Below are positions 8,040 to 16,480 of a stretch of 23,857 nucleotides of DNA, piece by piece. The translations under genes and the position numbers were made by a program. Location: assembly GCA_023485505.1 (NCBI GenBank), contig JAMCZN010000041.1, positions 1 through 23,857 on the forward strand, read 5' to 3'. The stretch is from Candidatus Marsarchaeota archaeon. Its GTDB lineage: Archaea; Micrarchaeota; Micrarchaeia; Micrarchaeales; Micrarchaeaceae. The first letter of the stretch is position 1; every line of letters begins with the position of its first letter. The notes beneath the pieces were generated by a model. It searched no databases. It was not told the origin of the DNA and saw nothing but the letters and a program-made list of their open reading frames with translations.

Positions 8040-8748
8040 TTACGCAGTTTACCAGAGCAAGTGCCTTCCTCGTGGCAGACCATCTCTGAATTTCACCGTC
8101 CTGTTGGGGATCCTTTGCCAAATAGCCCATTTTTACCAGATCTTCTATCGCTATGGGCTGTCTTCCAAACGAAAGCCCCCTCATCCTTGCCATCGTCACA
8201 TAGCCGCTGGCGCAGCAAGCTCCAATTATCAGCACATCCCTTACGGTAAGGCCGTTATCTATTGCCTCTTTAAGAAGCTCCTCGTTCGTGCGCTTATGGC
8301 CTTTTGCACCCCTTAAAAGCCCGCTCGCCGAACCTATTTCGACATATGTGCTTAAAATATCTGTCATGTCCTGCACTATCGCCCTGGAGCGCTGTGTTGC
8401 ATGGATCATGTGGTCGTCACCAATGCGTTCCACCAGTATGTTCCTTCTTGATATGTCGTATGGCGCGCTTCTGCGAGATTTGACTTTTTCTACATGCTCT
8501 GGTGCGTGCTGGTTTGCCATTTCAAAGAAATGCTTATAATCAGTTACGCCATTCCTGAGCAGCTTGTCCAATGCAAGCAGGCGTCCAAGAGCCATGTTCC
8601 CCTGAAGCCTTCGTTCACGGAAAACCTGCTTGTAAATACGGTATATTTGGCGCCATGGCATCGCCATTTCATTAACTTCAGCTACGGAATTAACGCCGTC
8701 TATCGGCACTTGCATTGCCCCTCTTGCGGTTGAAACCATGTAAATCAT
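7966..8748 (-). CDS. Hypothetical protein of 260 aa.
   Basis: Long ORF. The GLTVRDVLIIGACCASGYVTMARMRGL segment is glycine- and cysteine-rich. I recognise no family. Confidence 0.45.
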   Translation of the reverse strand: MIYMVSTARGAMQVPIDGVNSVAEVNEMAMPWRQIYRIYKQVFRERRLQGNMALGRLLALDKLLRNGVTDYKHFFEMANQHAPEHVEKVKSRRSAPYDISRRNILVERIGDDHMIHATQRSRAIVQDMTDILSTYVEIGSASGLLRGAKGHKRTNEELLKEAIDNGLTVRDVLIIGACCASGYVTMARMRGLSFGRQPIAIEDLVKMGYLAKDPQQDGEIQRWSATRKALALVNCVNEALKRGSVIENRQNADSTSIPNA

Positions 8749-8900
8749 CTTTTCCTCAGATTTTTCAGATATTTATGCGTGACTGCATCCGCTTGGACTC
8801 TATTTGCGTATTGGATTGCTTCAATTTCCGAGAGCAACCAATCAGATAGATATTTAAACAACCGGAGCATTAGCTATACCATCTTTAAAAGAAGAAATAG

Positions 8901-8926
8901 TGCCAGCGTGGAAATACACGCTGGCA
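8901..8926. repeat. Perfect 10-bp hairpin (TGCCAGCGTG gaaata CACGCTGGCA) in the 5' intergenic region of the DUF92 gene.
   Basis: The two arms are exact reverse complements. Confidence 0.5.
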
Positions 8927-9062
8927 AGGCGACCAGTTCTTCACGACCTTCCTACAGTAGAGAACCCGTAATAGAACTGCTGCAAACAGGTTTAAAAGCT
9001 TTACTGCAACAAGCCAAATAGGGGAATTATCAGTCGATATTCCAATAAAATGGAAGGTAAAT

Positions 9063-9848
9063 ATGGGTCTTTTGACACTAGATGTGAGGGGCATTTCCAT
9101 GGCGCTTTTGATAGCCCTTGCGATGCTCGCATTTGGGTATGCCACAAGCCCGGCAAGCCTCAACCATTTCGCCAAATCCTCGCTCGGTATATTCTATGTC
9201 ATAACCATGGTGTACTTCCTTTTCCTTTCAGCCATAGTCACTAGAGCGGGAAAGATGTATAAGCGGATCATAAACCAGTACCAGAGGCCGAGGGGCTTCA
9301 AGAACGTGCTTGCAAACGGGAGCGGCCCGCTAATTTTCATCATAATTGCCGCAATAGTGCAGGTCTCTTATGCCGGTTCCGGGATGTATCTCACCTCAAC
9401 CGGCTATGGATCCTACACTTTTGCACTTATAGTCGGATTCGTGGCCAGCGTAGCCGCAGTCACGTCCGATAAGTTCAGCAGCGAGATAGGCATACTTGAC
9501 GGAAAACCAACGTCATTGGTCACCTTCAAGAAGGTCAAGAAGGGGACTTCCGGCGGTGTGACGTGGGTCGGTCTTTTGTCAGGGCTACTTGGGGCATTTC
9601 TCATATCTCTTCCGTTTGCCCTTGAACAGGTCATGTACTATGGCACGCTTAGTGTCGCTCCGTTGGCCATAATAGTGCTTACGATGTCGGTGATAACGCT
9701 AAGCGGCTTTATTGGCACCATTGTAGACTCATTCCTGGGCCATTATGAAGAGAAGGGGATAGGCAACAAGTACACATCCAATTTCTTTTGCAGCCTTGCA
9801 GGTGGAGGGGTGGCGGTATTGTTAGTGCTGGTGCTTGGCCTGTTTTAA
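9063..9848 (+). CDS. DUF92/TIGR00297-family integral membrane protein.
   Basis: A multi-pass membrane profile and the glycine-rich motif KKGTSGGVTWVGLLSG, which is characteristic of the DUF92 family. Length is 261 aa. Confidence 0.55.
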   Translation: MGLLTLDVRGISMALLIALAMLAFGYATSPASLNHFAKSSLGIFYVITMVYFLFLSAIVTRAGKMYKRIINQYQRPRGFKNVLANGSGPLIFIIIAAIVQVSYAGSGMYLTSTGYGSYTFALIVGFVASVAAVTSDKFSSEIGILDGKPTSLVTFKKVKKGTSGGVTWVGLLSGLLGAFLISLPFALEQVMYYGTLSVAPLAIIVLTMSVITLSGFIGTIVDSFLGHYEEKGIGNKYTSNFFCSLAGGGVAVLLVLVLGLF

Positions 9849-10303
9849 CCCTTGGTTATGTTGAATGTCGCAGTTGTTCCGCAGGTTGCAGATGGTGCTG
9901 CGGAGTATGTGTTCATCACTATGGAGTAATTGCCAGATGGGAGCGAAGTCTCGTTTTCGGAGTAGCCGCACGCTCTTGTATTAACGGAGATGTTTCCCTT
10001 GCTTGATGAGACCACCACGGTAGCATTTGATGTTCCAGCAGTAAGCTGCACTATCATTGCACCGCCCGGCCACGCACAGCTCTTCTTTATGTATGCGTAG
10101 GAATGAGTCGTGGTAAGCTGATAATCGTTACAAGAAGTAAGAGAGGACGTGTTATTCGTCGCGCTGTTTGATGTTGTAGTGTGATTGGATGCGGAAACCT
10201 GAACTGCGGTGAACGAGGGCGCCCCATTTATAACGTATGCGCTGGCCACGCCCAGTATTGCGGCTATGATCATAGATGTTACGTAAAGCGCAACTGGTTT
10301 CAT
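9845..10303 (-). CDS. Secreted Ser/Thr-rich protein, hypothetical.
   Basis: N-terminal signal peptide MKPVALYVTSMIIAAILGVASAYV. Composition is Thr/Ser/Asn-rich with possible glycosylation sequons. Length is 152 aa. Confidence 0.45.
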   Translation of the reverse strand: MKPVALYVTSMIIAAILGVASAYVINGAPSFTAVQVSASNHTTTSNSATNNTSSLTSCNDYQLTTTHSYAYIKKSCAWPGGAMIVQLTAGTSNATVVVSSSKGNISVNTRACGYSENETSLPSGNYSIVMNTYSAAPSATCGTTATFNITKG

Positions 10304-10413
10304 TTAATCAACAGGGATTTGCATTGATTCTTTATAAGGCTTTCGTTAGGGCATTCAAAGTATCGTTGGTGTGATGGAATAGCGGCAAGCCTGCCATAAA
10401 ACAAAGAATAAAA

Positions 10414-10539
10414 CGCCAGGGTAGGGATTTGAACCCTAAAGCCCCGAAGGGCACCGGTTTGCCTGTTTCGCATCACTAATCAGCTCTTGATATTTTAAAA
10501 ACTCAAGACCGGCGCATTACCGGATTCTGCCACCCTGGC
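10414..10539 (-). tRNA. tRNA-Ser(UGA) with a 42-nt intron at the canonical 37/38 position.
   Basis: I folded the cloverleaf by hand. The acceptor is GCCAGGG/CCCTGGC with discriminator G73. The anticodon stem is CCGGT/ACCGG and the loop is CT-TGA-G. A long variable arm (GCCC-UUCG-GGGC) marks it as class II. The T-arm is TAGGG-TTCAAAT-CCCTA. The intron forms a canonical bulge-helix-bulge. Exon CTTG (positions 32-35) pairs with intron CAGG. The two 3-nt bulges are AG|T and CA|A. An intron-internal UUUU/GAAA helix is also present. Confidence 0.85.
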
Positions 10540-10596
10540 ACGTAAAAAGTTATGAATTACTGGTTTAAAGAACTATTGCAACAGCGGAATTGAGAG

Positions 10597-11457
10597 TCAT
10601 TTCCTTTTCCTCACAACAAAGATCATGCGATATTCGCCGGGCGTAAGGGGTTTGACGGTATAGTTTCCGTATACGGCAAGTACATCAAGACCGTTAGCTT
10701 TGCACATCTTTTCAAGCTCCTCTTTTGAATACAGCCTTACTTTCGTAATCTTCGTGCTTATCTTTTTCATGGAGTTCTTTCCGTCCTTGATCAGGGTGGT
10801 TTTTATCACCCATGTGTCTTTCCTTACCTTGTTTTCCACTATCCGGAACATGCCATTATCGAGATAATCCGCAACAATCGGCATCATTTTTTCTATCGTT
10901 GGATCCTTGTTGTGTGTGTCAAGTACCAATATGCCGCCAGGCCTAAGGACCCTTGCAAACTCCTTCACGGTCTTCATGTTATCGGATTCATTGAAATAGC
11001 CGAATGATGTGAACAGGTTTGCAACGACATCAAAACTGCCATTAGGATATGGAAGTCTCCTCATGTCCGCCACCATATACCTGTCCTTGAATTTCGGAGA
11101 GCGGGATTTTGCCGTTTCTATGAACCCTTTTTCGATATCCGCGCCATACACGTCGAAGCCTTCATCCCTTAGATAGACATCGTGCCTTCCGAGGCCGCAT
11201 GGAACATTGAGCACTTTGTTTGGGTGTTCGCCGAACTTCCTGCCCCAGAACCTGATTAGCATGGCGAAATACGCGGCTTCCATTTCGGCCCTTTGCAGCA
11301 CATGCCTGTCTGCTATGTGCCATAATCCAGATATTTCCCCTACTGTGCGCTTGGGCTTGTTCATCTTATCAGTATACTTTAATGCACATAATTTATCTAT
11401 TTGTTGTTTAAATCGGGATCTGGCCATTGAAGGTGTCAAATTTAAAAACCATTTCAT
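10597..11457 (-). CDS. Class I SAM-dependent methyltransferase.
   Basis: Motif I (VLNVPCGLGRHDVYL), then acidic loop, then FDVVANLF, then LRPGGILVL. The track start at 11517 would overlap the divergent neighbour by 45 nt, so an internal ATG at 11457, 11427 or 11364 is more likely. Confidence 0.7.
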   Translation of the reverse strand: MKWFLNLTPSMARSRFKQQIDKLCALKYTDKMNKPKRTVGEISGLWHIADRHVLQRAEMEAAYFAMLIRFWGRKFGEHPNKVLNVPCGLGRHDVYLRDEGFDVYGADIEKGFIETAKSRSPKFKDRYMVADMRRLPYPNGSFDVVANLFTSFGYFNESDNMKTVKEFARVLRPGGILVLDTHNKDPTIEKMMPIVADYLDNGMFRIVENKVRKDTWVIKTTLIKDGKNSMKKISTKITKVRLYSKEELEKMCKANGLDVLAVYGNYTVKPLTPGEYRMIFVVRKRK

Positions 11458-11472
11458 CGATAATATCTTATC

Positions 11473-12339
11473 ATGAACAAGATAACGGCGATACTCAGGC
11501 TTACAAGGATAGAGCACTCTTTGATGCTGATAGTCGCGGTAGTGGCCGCGGAGATGGTCTCTGGAGGCATTCCCTCTTTTCCAATACTGATAAGCAGCCT
11601 CGTATCTCCCGCGCTGGTAAGCATGGGCGCATTCGCGATAAACGACTTCTATGACGTAAAGGCAGATATTGCAAACAAGAGGTTTGAGAGGCCACTGGTG
11701 GCTAAGGCGATATCGCCGCAGGTTGCGATCATGGTCTCTCTCCTGTGCCTGGTTATCGGGACCACATTGAGCATGTTCATAAACCTCTATGCCTTCGCCA
11801 TTGCGATAATATTTGCGGCTCTTGCACTGCTATACAGCTACAAACTTAAGGACCTGCTCCTATGGGGCAACGTATACATAGCGTTCACAATGGTGATACC
11901 TTTCGTATATGGGGACCTGGTAGTTGCGCCTTCGATAAACATGGACATAGTGTTGATATCATTTGTCGTGTTCCTTAGCGGACTTGCGCGTGAGATACAC
12001 GGAATGATACGGGACGCAAAGGGCGACAAGAGGGCAAGGAGGTCAAGGAACCTTATCCAATATGTGGGGATAAACAATTCATCGGCAATAGCCCTGATAT
12101 TATATGCTGAAGCGATAGTGATAAGCATATTCATGTTCCTTTACAGCATGCCGTTCCTTTACAACATAGTTTACATAGTGCCAATAGCCATTTCTGACAT
12201 AATGCTTGCTTATGTCGCAGTTGGCTACAGGTTCAAGAGCAATAGAAGGTTCTTCGACATGTCAAGAAACCTCAGCCTGGGTGCAATGGGGCTTGCTTTG
12301 CTCGCTTATCTTCTAGCTTCCGTAGTATACCTTGTGTGA
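11473..12339 (+). CDS. UbiA-family prenyltransferase, probably a digeranylgeranylglyceryl phosphate synthase-like enzyme.
   Basis: Eight or nine transmembrane helices. The aspartate-rich motif AINDFYDVKADIANKR (NDxxDxxxD) sits at the cytoplasmic end of TM2. A second D-rich region is also present. Confidence 0.75.
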   Translation: MNKITAILRLTRIEHSLMLIVAVVAAEMVSGGIPSFPILISSLVSPALVSMGAFAINDFYDVKADIANKRFERPLVAKAISPQVAIMVSLLCLVIGTTLSMFINLYAFAIAIIFAALALLYSYKLKDLLLWGNVYIAFTMVIPFVYGDLVVAPSINMDIVLISFVVFLSGLAREIHGMIRDAKGDKRARRSRNLIQYVGINNSSAIALILYAEAIVISIFMFLYSMPFLYNIVYIVPIAISDIMLAYVAVGYRFKSNRRFFDMSRNLSLGAMGLALLAYLLASVVYLV

Positions 12340-12415
12340 ACCTGTCAGCGTCTGGAAAAATCAGATAAAAAAAAGAAAATAGCAGGAGCCCTATTCGGCC
12401 CCTGCCCCCAACCAC

Positions 12416-14203
12416 CTAGGAAGTTACCGTCGACTTTGGCAGATTCTTCTCAGTGCTCGTCTCCGTTTGGCCCGTTCTCAGGAAGCTTTTTACCAATTCT
12501 CCCACGGTCTTGCCGGCGTTTGCCGGATTTGTGAGTATTGATATCAGTTTGTCCTGGGTTTCTGGGCTCAGTCCGGCTACCTGCAACTCCTGCGCAAGGG
12601 CTATGCCCTGTTCAGGTCCGACCAGTATCTCACCGAGCAATCCGCCGCTTGTCAGCTTTTGCGGGTTATCGGTAATCAGGTTGATGTTCGCGCGTCCTGC
12701 CACCTGTGCCATCGCTTCTGCCCTCTTCAGATTGACGACCTGCCATGCATCAATCTTCTTGGCGTCAAGCGCCGCATGTCCGCCGCCAGTGGCATCCATG
12801 TATTCCTTCTGCGCCTTGGCCTGCTCCCTGGTGCCGTTTGCTTGCCCGACCAATTTTGCCTGGATGGCTTCTCCGTCCGCTTTACCCATTGCGGCTATCT
12901 TGGCGGCTTCTCCCTCTCCCTCCGCTCTTGCCCTTGCTCCGGCGCCTTCTCCCTCTGCCGTAAGCCTTGCCTTCGTTCCGGCTCCTTCCAGTTCTGCCTT
13001 CTCTTTCGAGGCCTGTGCCTCAAGGATGGTCTGCTGCTTGTTGGCCTCTGCCACCAGAATCTTTGTCCTGTTGTCCGCTTCAGCCTCCTTTATTCTCTTT
13101 TCCTTCTGGGCATCGGCATTGGTTATGGTCACCGTCCTGCTATAGTCGGCAGTACCCGTTTGCAGGGCCCTTTCCGCCCCTACCTTCTTCTCGTTGGTCT
13201 CCTTCGTTGCATCCTGCACCGCCTGTTCCATCTGCTGCTTTGCGACGCCAAGTTCCTTATCCTTCTGGAAATCCCTCTTTCCGGCCAGTTCTGAATTCTC
13301 GGCCTCTGCTATCTCAGCCTCCTTTTTCTGGGTTGCCACTACGACCCTCGCTTCCTTCTCCTGTTGTGCGACTATCTTCTTCGTATCTGCATCAACCACT
13401 GCCGCTCTCTGCCTTTGCAGGTTGTCTATGATCACGCTCCCGTCAGCATCTTTTATTACGGGAACCTCCACGTTTACAAGCTGCAATCCCCACTTAGGGA
13501 ACAGGTCTCTGACCTCCTTCTCCACCGCATGCTGCAGCTGATCCCTGTTCTTGAACAGGTCCATTATCGTGTGCTGCATTGCCGCTGTCCTGATGATTGA
13601 TTCGACCATTACCCTGAAGTCGTCATCGATCTCAATCCTCAGCCCGTTTGAATTGGCTCCCGGAGCGTTGCGCCCTTCATATGGCTCCCTGCTTCCAGTA
13701 ATCGTCGTCCTTTCTGCCGCCATTATCGGGTCTACCACGTGGACGAACGCCACCACATCGCACAGGAATTCTGCAAAATCCTTGTCGTTCAGTTTGATGT
13801 TTACTGCGCTTACCCTGAAGTTCGAAAGAGGTACGGTTATCGTTTTCTGGAATTTGCCGATCTTTGGATACACGGCGTTTGGAACCCTGTCCCTTTCACC
13901 GTAAACCGTGTGCTTTTCGTGGCTTTCCGGATCCTCCACCAGCACCGGGCGTTCTACTTCAACACCGGTTTCTGCGTCTTTCGTCTTCTTTGTTATCAGG
14001 AAGTACTCCTTTTTCCTTGCAGAATACTCGTGTACTCCGTGTCCGTCCGATACTACCACTGCGACGTTTGCTGGAATAACGTGTTGCCAACCAAACATAA
14101 TCTTAAGTCTGCTGGGCTGAACTATCCAGTTATCTTGTGCTAGCTTAGCAGATGCATCCTCCTGTGCATCGTTTCTGTTTTTTGTGTTGCTTTCTGTGGT
14201 CAT
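12416..14203 (-). CDS. Flotillin-like SPFH/band-7 domain protein with an EA-rich coiled-coil tail.
   Basis: An SPFH core (IPANVAVVVSDGHG...) is followed by about 250 aa of Glu/Ala/Lys/Gln-rich heptad repeats (AEGEGAGARARAEGEGEAAKIAAMGKADGEA), as in flotillin/YqiK. Length is 595 aa. No N-terminal transmembrane helix is apparent. Confidence 0.7.
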   Translation of the reverse strand: MTTESNTKNRNDAQEDASAKLAQDNWIVQPSRLKIMFGWQHVIPANVAVVVSDGHGVHEYSARKKEYFLITKKTKDAETGVEVERPVLVEDPESHEKHTVYGERDRVPNAVYPKIGKFQKTITVPLSNFRVSAVNIKLNDKDFAEFLCDVVAFVHVVDPIMAAERTTITGSREPYEGRNAPGANSNGLRIEIDDDFRVMVESIIRTAAMQHTIMDLFKNRDQLQHAVEKEVRDLFPKWGLQLVNVEVPVIKDADGSVIIDNLQRQRAAVVDADTKKIVAQQEKEARVVVATQKKEAEIAEAENSELAGKRDFQKDKELGVAKQQMEQAVQDATKETNEKKVGAERALQTGTADYSRTVTITNADAQKEKRIKEAEADNRTKILVAEANKQQTILEAQASKEKAELEGAGTKARLTAEGEGAGARARAEGEGEAAKIAAMGKADGEAIQAKLVGQANGTREQAKAQKEYMDATGGGHAALDAKKIDAWQVVNLKRAEAMAQVAGRANINLITDNPQKLTSGGLLGEILVGPEQGIALAQELQVAGLSPETQDKLISILTNPANAGKTVGELVKSFLRTGQTETSTEKNLPKSTVTS

Positions 14204-14397
14204 TTTATCACCAATACGAATGACCTTTTCCCGTTATTTACGCATATTTAATTGTTGAAATATTTTCCTTAATATTTGACTTTTTGTAAACTATGCGACG
14301 CAGCAACTTGCATATACGTGTTGGAAATGCAGTGGGAACCTTATAAATCAAGTAGTAAAAATCAAATTTGTTTGACAATTTTTGACCAAATGTAAAG

Positions 14398-14407
14398 TTT
14401 ATTATAT
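14398..14407 (+). promoter_or_regulatory. TATA box for the Lrp-like gene. It sits about 25 nt upstream of the ATG, consistent with a leaderless transcript.
   Basis: TTTATTATAT is followed by the ATG at 14428. TTTGAC repeats lie just upstream at about 14275, 14371 and 14382. Confidence 0.4.
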
Positions 14408-14427
14408 CTCTGGAGGAAAATAAGATT

Positions 14428-15444
14428 ATGGATTTCTTTACGAAAACCGAAAGGACGATCCTGGGCTCTCTGAGCGCCAATTCCAGGACATCCGTAACCG
14501 AGCTTGCAAAAGAAGCCAAGTGCTCAAGGGTAACCGCGGTAAAGAACCTGAATAGGCTTGAGAAGAGGTTCAACATCAGGTATACGCTGGAGATAGATGA
14601 AAGCAAGCTCGTTGGCTGCGAAAGGCACCTGCTGGCGATAAAATTCGTGAAGAAGCCTTCCGTCGCATTCCTTAAGGAGTTTTTCAAGAACGACGAGTTC
14701 GCCGAGGAGGTCTTTCTGCTCGATGGCCACTATGACCTTTTCATATTCGGATGGGCAGGGGATCCCGTAAGCTACATCAAATGGGAGACTTACCTTGCTT
14801 CAGAGCTTGCCGAGTTCAAGCCGGAGATAAGGTCAACAGAATTGGTAGTGTCCCTATTCGGATTCTGGCCGCTGAACGACTCTTTCGTGGACGAGATACA
14901 CGAATCCATAAAGCTGGACAAGGTTGACAGGAAGATGCTTGCCCTTCTTAACGAAGATTCCAGGATGTCACTATCGGATATGGCAAAAATGATGGAGATA
15001 GGGAGAGGAACGGTAAGATACCGCCTCTTCAGGCTAATGAAAAGCGGGATAATAAAGAGGTTCACGCTCGCTATCCAGAGCCCGCCGCAGAAATACCAAT
15101 TGCTTTACTTTGTGAACTATACCTTTAACAAGGGAGTGAGGGACAGGTTTCTCGAACTGAGAAGAAGGTACCAAAGCATGGACGACCAAGAGCATCCGAT
15201 ACTTGGCACTATACAGTTCGCAGCGCAGTTGAGCGGCAGTTTCAGGTCGTTCGGAATGGCAATCTCCAACACAGAAGAAGAGGCGATGGACAGCGTGATA
15301 GACATGAGCAAGGAGGTGTTGATGATGGACAACCCGGTAATCACCCATGCGCGGATCGTTAAAGTCATAAAGGGATTGCTGCCCCTAAGGAACCTGGATA
15401 TCAAGAGAAACTACATGAAAATAGACTGGATGCCAAACGACTGA
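14428..15444 (+). CDS. Tandem-duplicated Lrp/AsnC-family transcriptional regulator (two HTH plus RAM units in one polypeptide).
   Basis: Two HTH_AsnC-like segments are present: TERTILGSLSANSRTSVTELAKEAKCSRVTAVKNLNRLE at the N-terminus and DRKMLALLNEDSRMSLSDMAKMMEIGRGTVRYRLFRLMKSGII in the middle. Each is followed by a roughly 80-aa RAM-like domain. Length is 338 aa, about twice a normal Lrp. Confidence 0.7.
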   Translation: MDFFTKTERTILGSLSANSRTSVTELAKEAKCSRVTAVKNLNRLEKRFNIRYTLEIDESKLVGCERHLLAIKFVKKPSVAFLKEFFKNDEFAEEVFLLDGHYDLFIFGWAGDPVSYIKWETYLASELAEFKPEIRSTELVVSLFGFWPLNDSFVDEIHESIKLDKVDRKMLALLNEDSRMSLSDMAKMMEIGRGTVRYRLFRLMKSGIIKRFTLAIQSPPQKYQLLYFVNYTFNKGVRDRFLELRRRYQSMDDQEHPILGTIQFAAQLSGSFRSFGMAISNTEEEAMDSVIDMSKEVLMMDNPVITHARIVKVIKGLLPLRNLDIKRNYMKIDWMPND

Positions 15445-15544
15445 GATAAAAACAGCATGTTGGACGCGCGTCTATAGCCATGAAATGCGTAAATATCTGA
15501 AACTTCATAATATATATTGTGGATGAGAGAAGGTTGTGCTTGTC

Positions 15545-15657
15545 CTGGCGCAGCACGTACGCCCCTGTCGGGGATTGCGTTGCGTGGTGTCATGCGCTGC
15601 GCTGGGCTTATAATTATCATGCTCCCACCGAGCTGCCCCGCATGGGCGGCTTTTCTT
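15545..15657 (+). ncRNA. Candidate small structured RNA, or a structured 3' UTR/terminator element, in the convergent intergenic region between the Lrp-like gene and rps2.
   Basis: A TATA-like ATAATATATATT lies at 15507-15518. About 25 nt downstream begins a roughly 110-nt GC-rich segment containing several hairpins (GTGCT..AGCAC, CCCC-TGTC-GGGG, GCCC-GCAT-GGGC). It ends in the T-tract TTTTCTT at 15651-15657. The 10-bp palindrome GACGCGCGTC lies upstream at 15463-15472. Confidence 0.3.
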
Positions 15658-15687
15658 AACTACTTTTTAGAAATAGAGAACTAGACA

Positions 15688-16479
15688 TCAGACTTGCGAA
15701 CGCTCTGCCATTATTGGCGTCCTTCCGCCCTCTACCTTGGCTTCGAATTCCTGCACGCTGTGCTGGAACTCCGAATACTCCTTTATCTCTCCCCTTGCCT
15801 TCATGACCTCTCTTGCCAATAGGAAATAGATGAACGCAAGCGACCTCCTTCCGCGGTTGTTGGCAGGTATTATCAGGTCAACGAACTTTGTTGAGTTGTC
15901 CGTGTCGCTCAATGCGATTATTGGCACGTTCTTCATGCTCGCTTCCTTTACCGCTTGCTTTTCGTTTCTCGAATCGCTGATAAGTATGAGCTTTGGCTCC
16001 ATGTAGTCCTGCCTGTGGGGGTTCGTGAATATTCCTGGTGTCACTCTCCCCTTTATGAACGTGGCCCCTATTATGCTGGCGAACTTCTCGGCAGCGTATA
16101 TCGCGTATATCCTTGAAGCGGTGACCACTATCTCCTTTGGATTGTATGCCGCGAGCATTGTTGCGGCTGTTTTTATCCTTGAATCTATCGTCTTGAGGTC
16201 TAGCAGGTAAAGACCGTCCTCTCTTACCTTGTAAATGAACTTCTTCATTCCTGGGCTCCTCGTCTTTGTCGCTATGTGTATTCCGACTTCCAGATATTCA
16301 TTCTGGTCTACGAGGAAATCTCCAACGCTCCTTTGCGGTTCCGGCTCTGCTCTCTTTATCTCTTCCTTGATTTCTTCTATGTCGGTTGCCTGCTGCTCTG
16401 CTGCGTCTTCCATGCCTTCCGCTTCAGTTGTCTCTTGTCCTTCGACGATTTCCTCATTTTTTGCCATCATAAACACCAT
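15688..16479 (-). CDS. rps2: 30S ribosomal protein S2 (uS2) with an acidic N-terminal extension.
   Basis: The core YLEVGIHIATKTRSPGMKKFIY...LYLLDL... is typical of archaeal uS2. The annotated start at 16479 sits 2 nt from the tRNA-Pro 3' end. The true start is therefore probably Met4 or Met5 at 16470 or 16467. Confidence 0.85.
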   Translation of the reverse strand: MVFMMAKNEEIVEGQETTEAEGMEDAAEQQATDIEEIKEEIKRAEPEPQRSVGDFLVDQNEYLEVGIHIATKTRSPGMKKFIYKVREDGLYLLDLKTIDSRIKTAATMLAAYNPKEIVVTASRIYAIYAAEKFASIIGATFIKGRVTPGIFTNPHRQDYMEPKLILISDSRNEKQAVKEASMKNVPIIALSDTDNSTKFVDLIIPANNRGRRSLAFIYFLLAREVMKARGEIKEYSEFQHSVQEFEAKVEGGRTPIMAERSQV

Positions 16480-16480
16480 T

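Noticed and set aside
10414-10539. Alternative intron placement for tRNA-Ser using the intron CAAG at the ATCAAGAG site to pair with the anticodon loop.
   Set aside because: That pairing does not place the 3' splice site in a 3-nt bulge adjacent to the exon helix. The CAGG pairing gives a complete canonical bulge-helix-bulge.
12453-14143. Numerous plus-strand ORFs (72-230 aa) antisense to the flotillin-like gene.
   Set aside because: They all lie within the Glu/Ala repeat-coding region. The repetitive GC-rich codons there keep the opposite strand open. The translations are Pro/Leu/Ser/Cys-rich and implausible.
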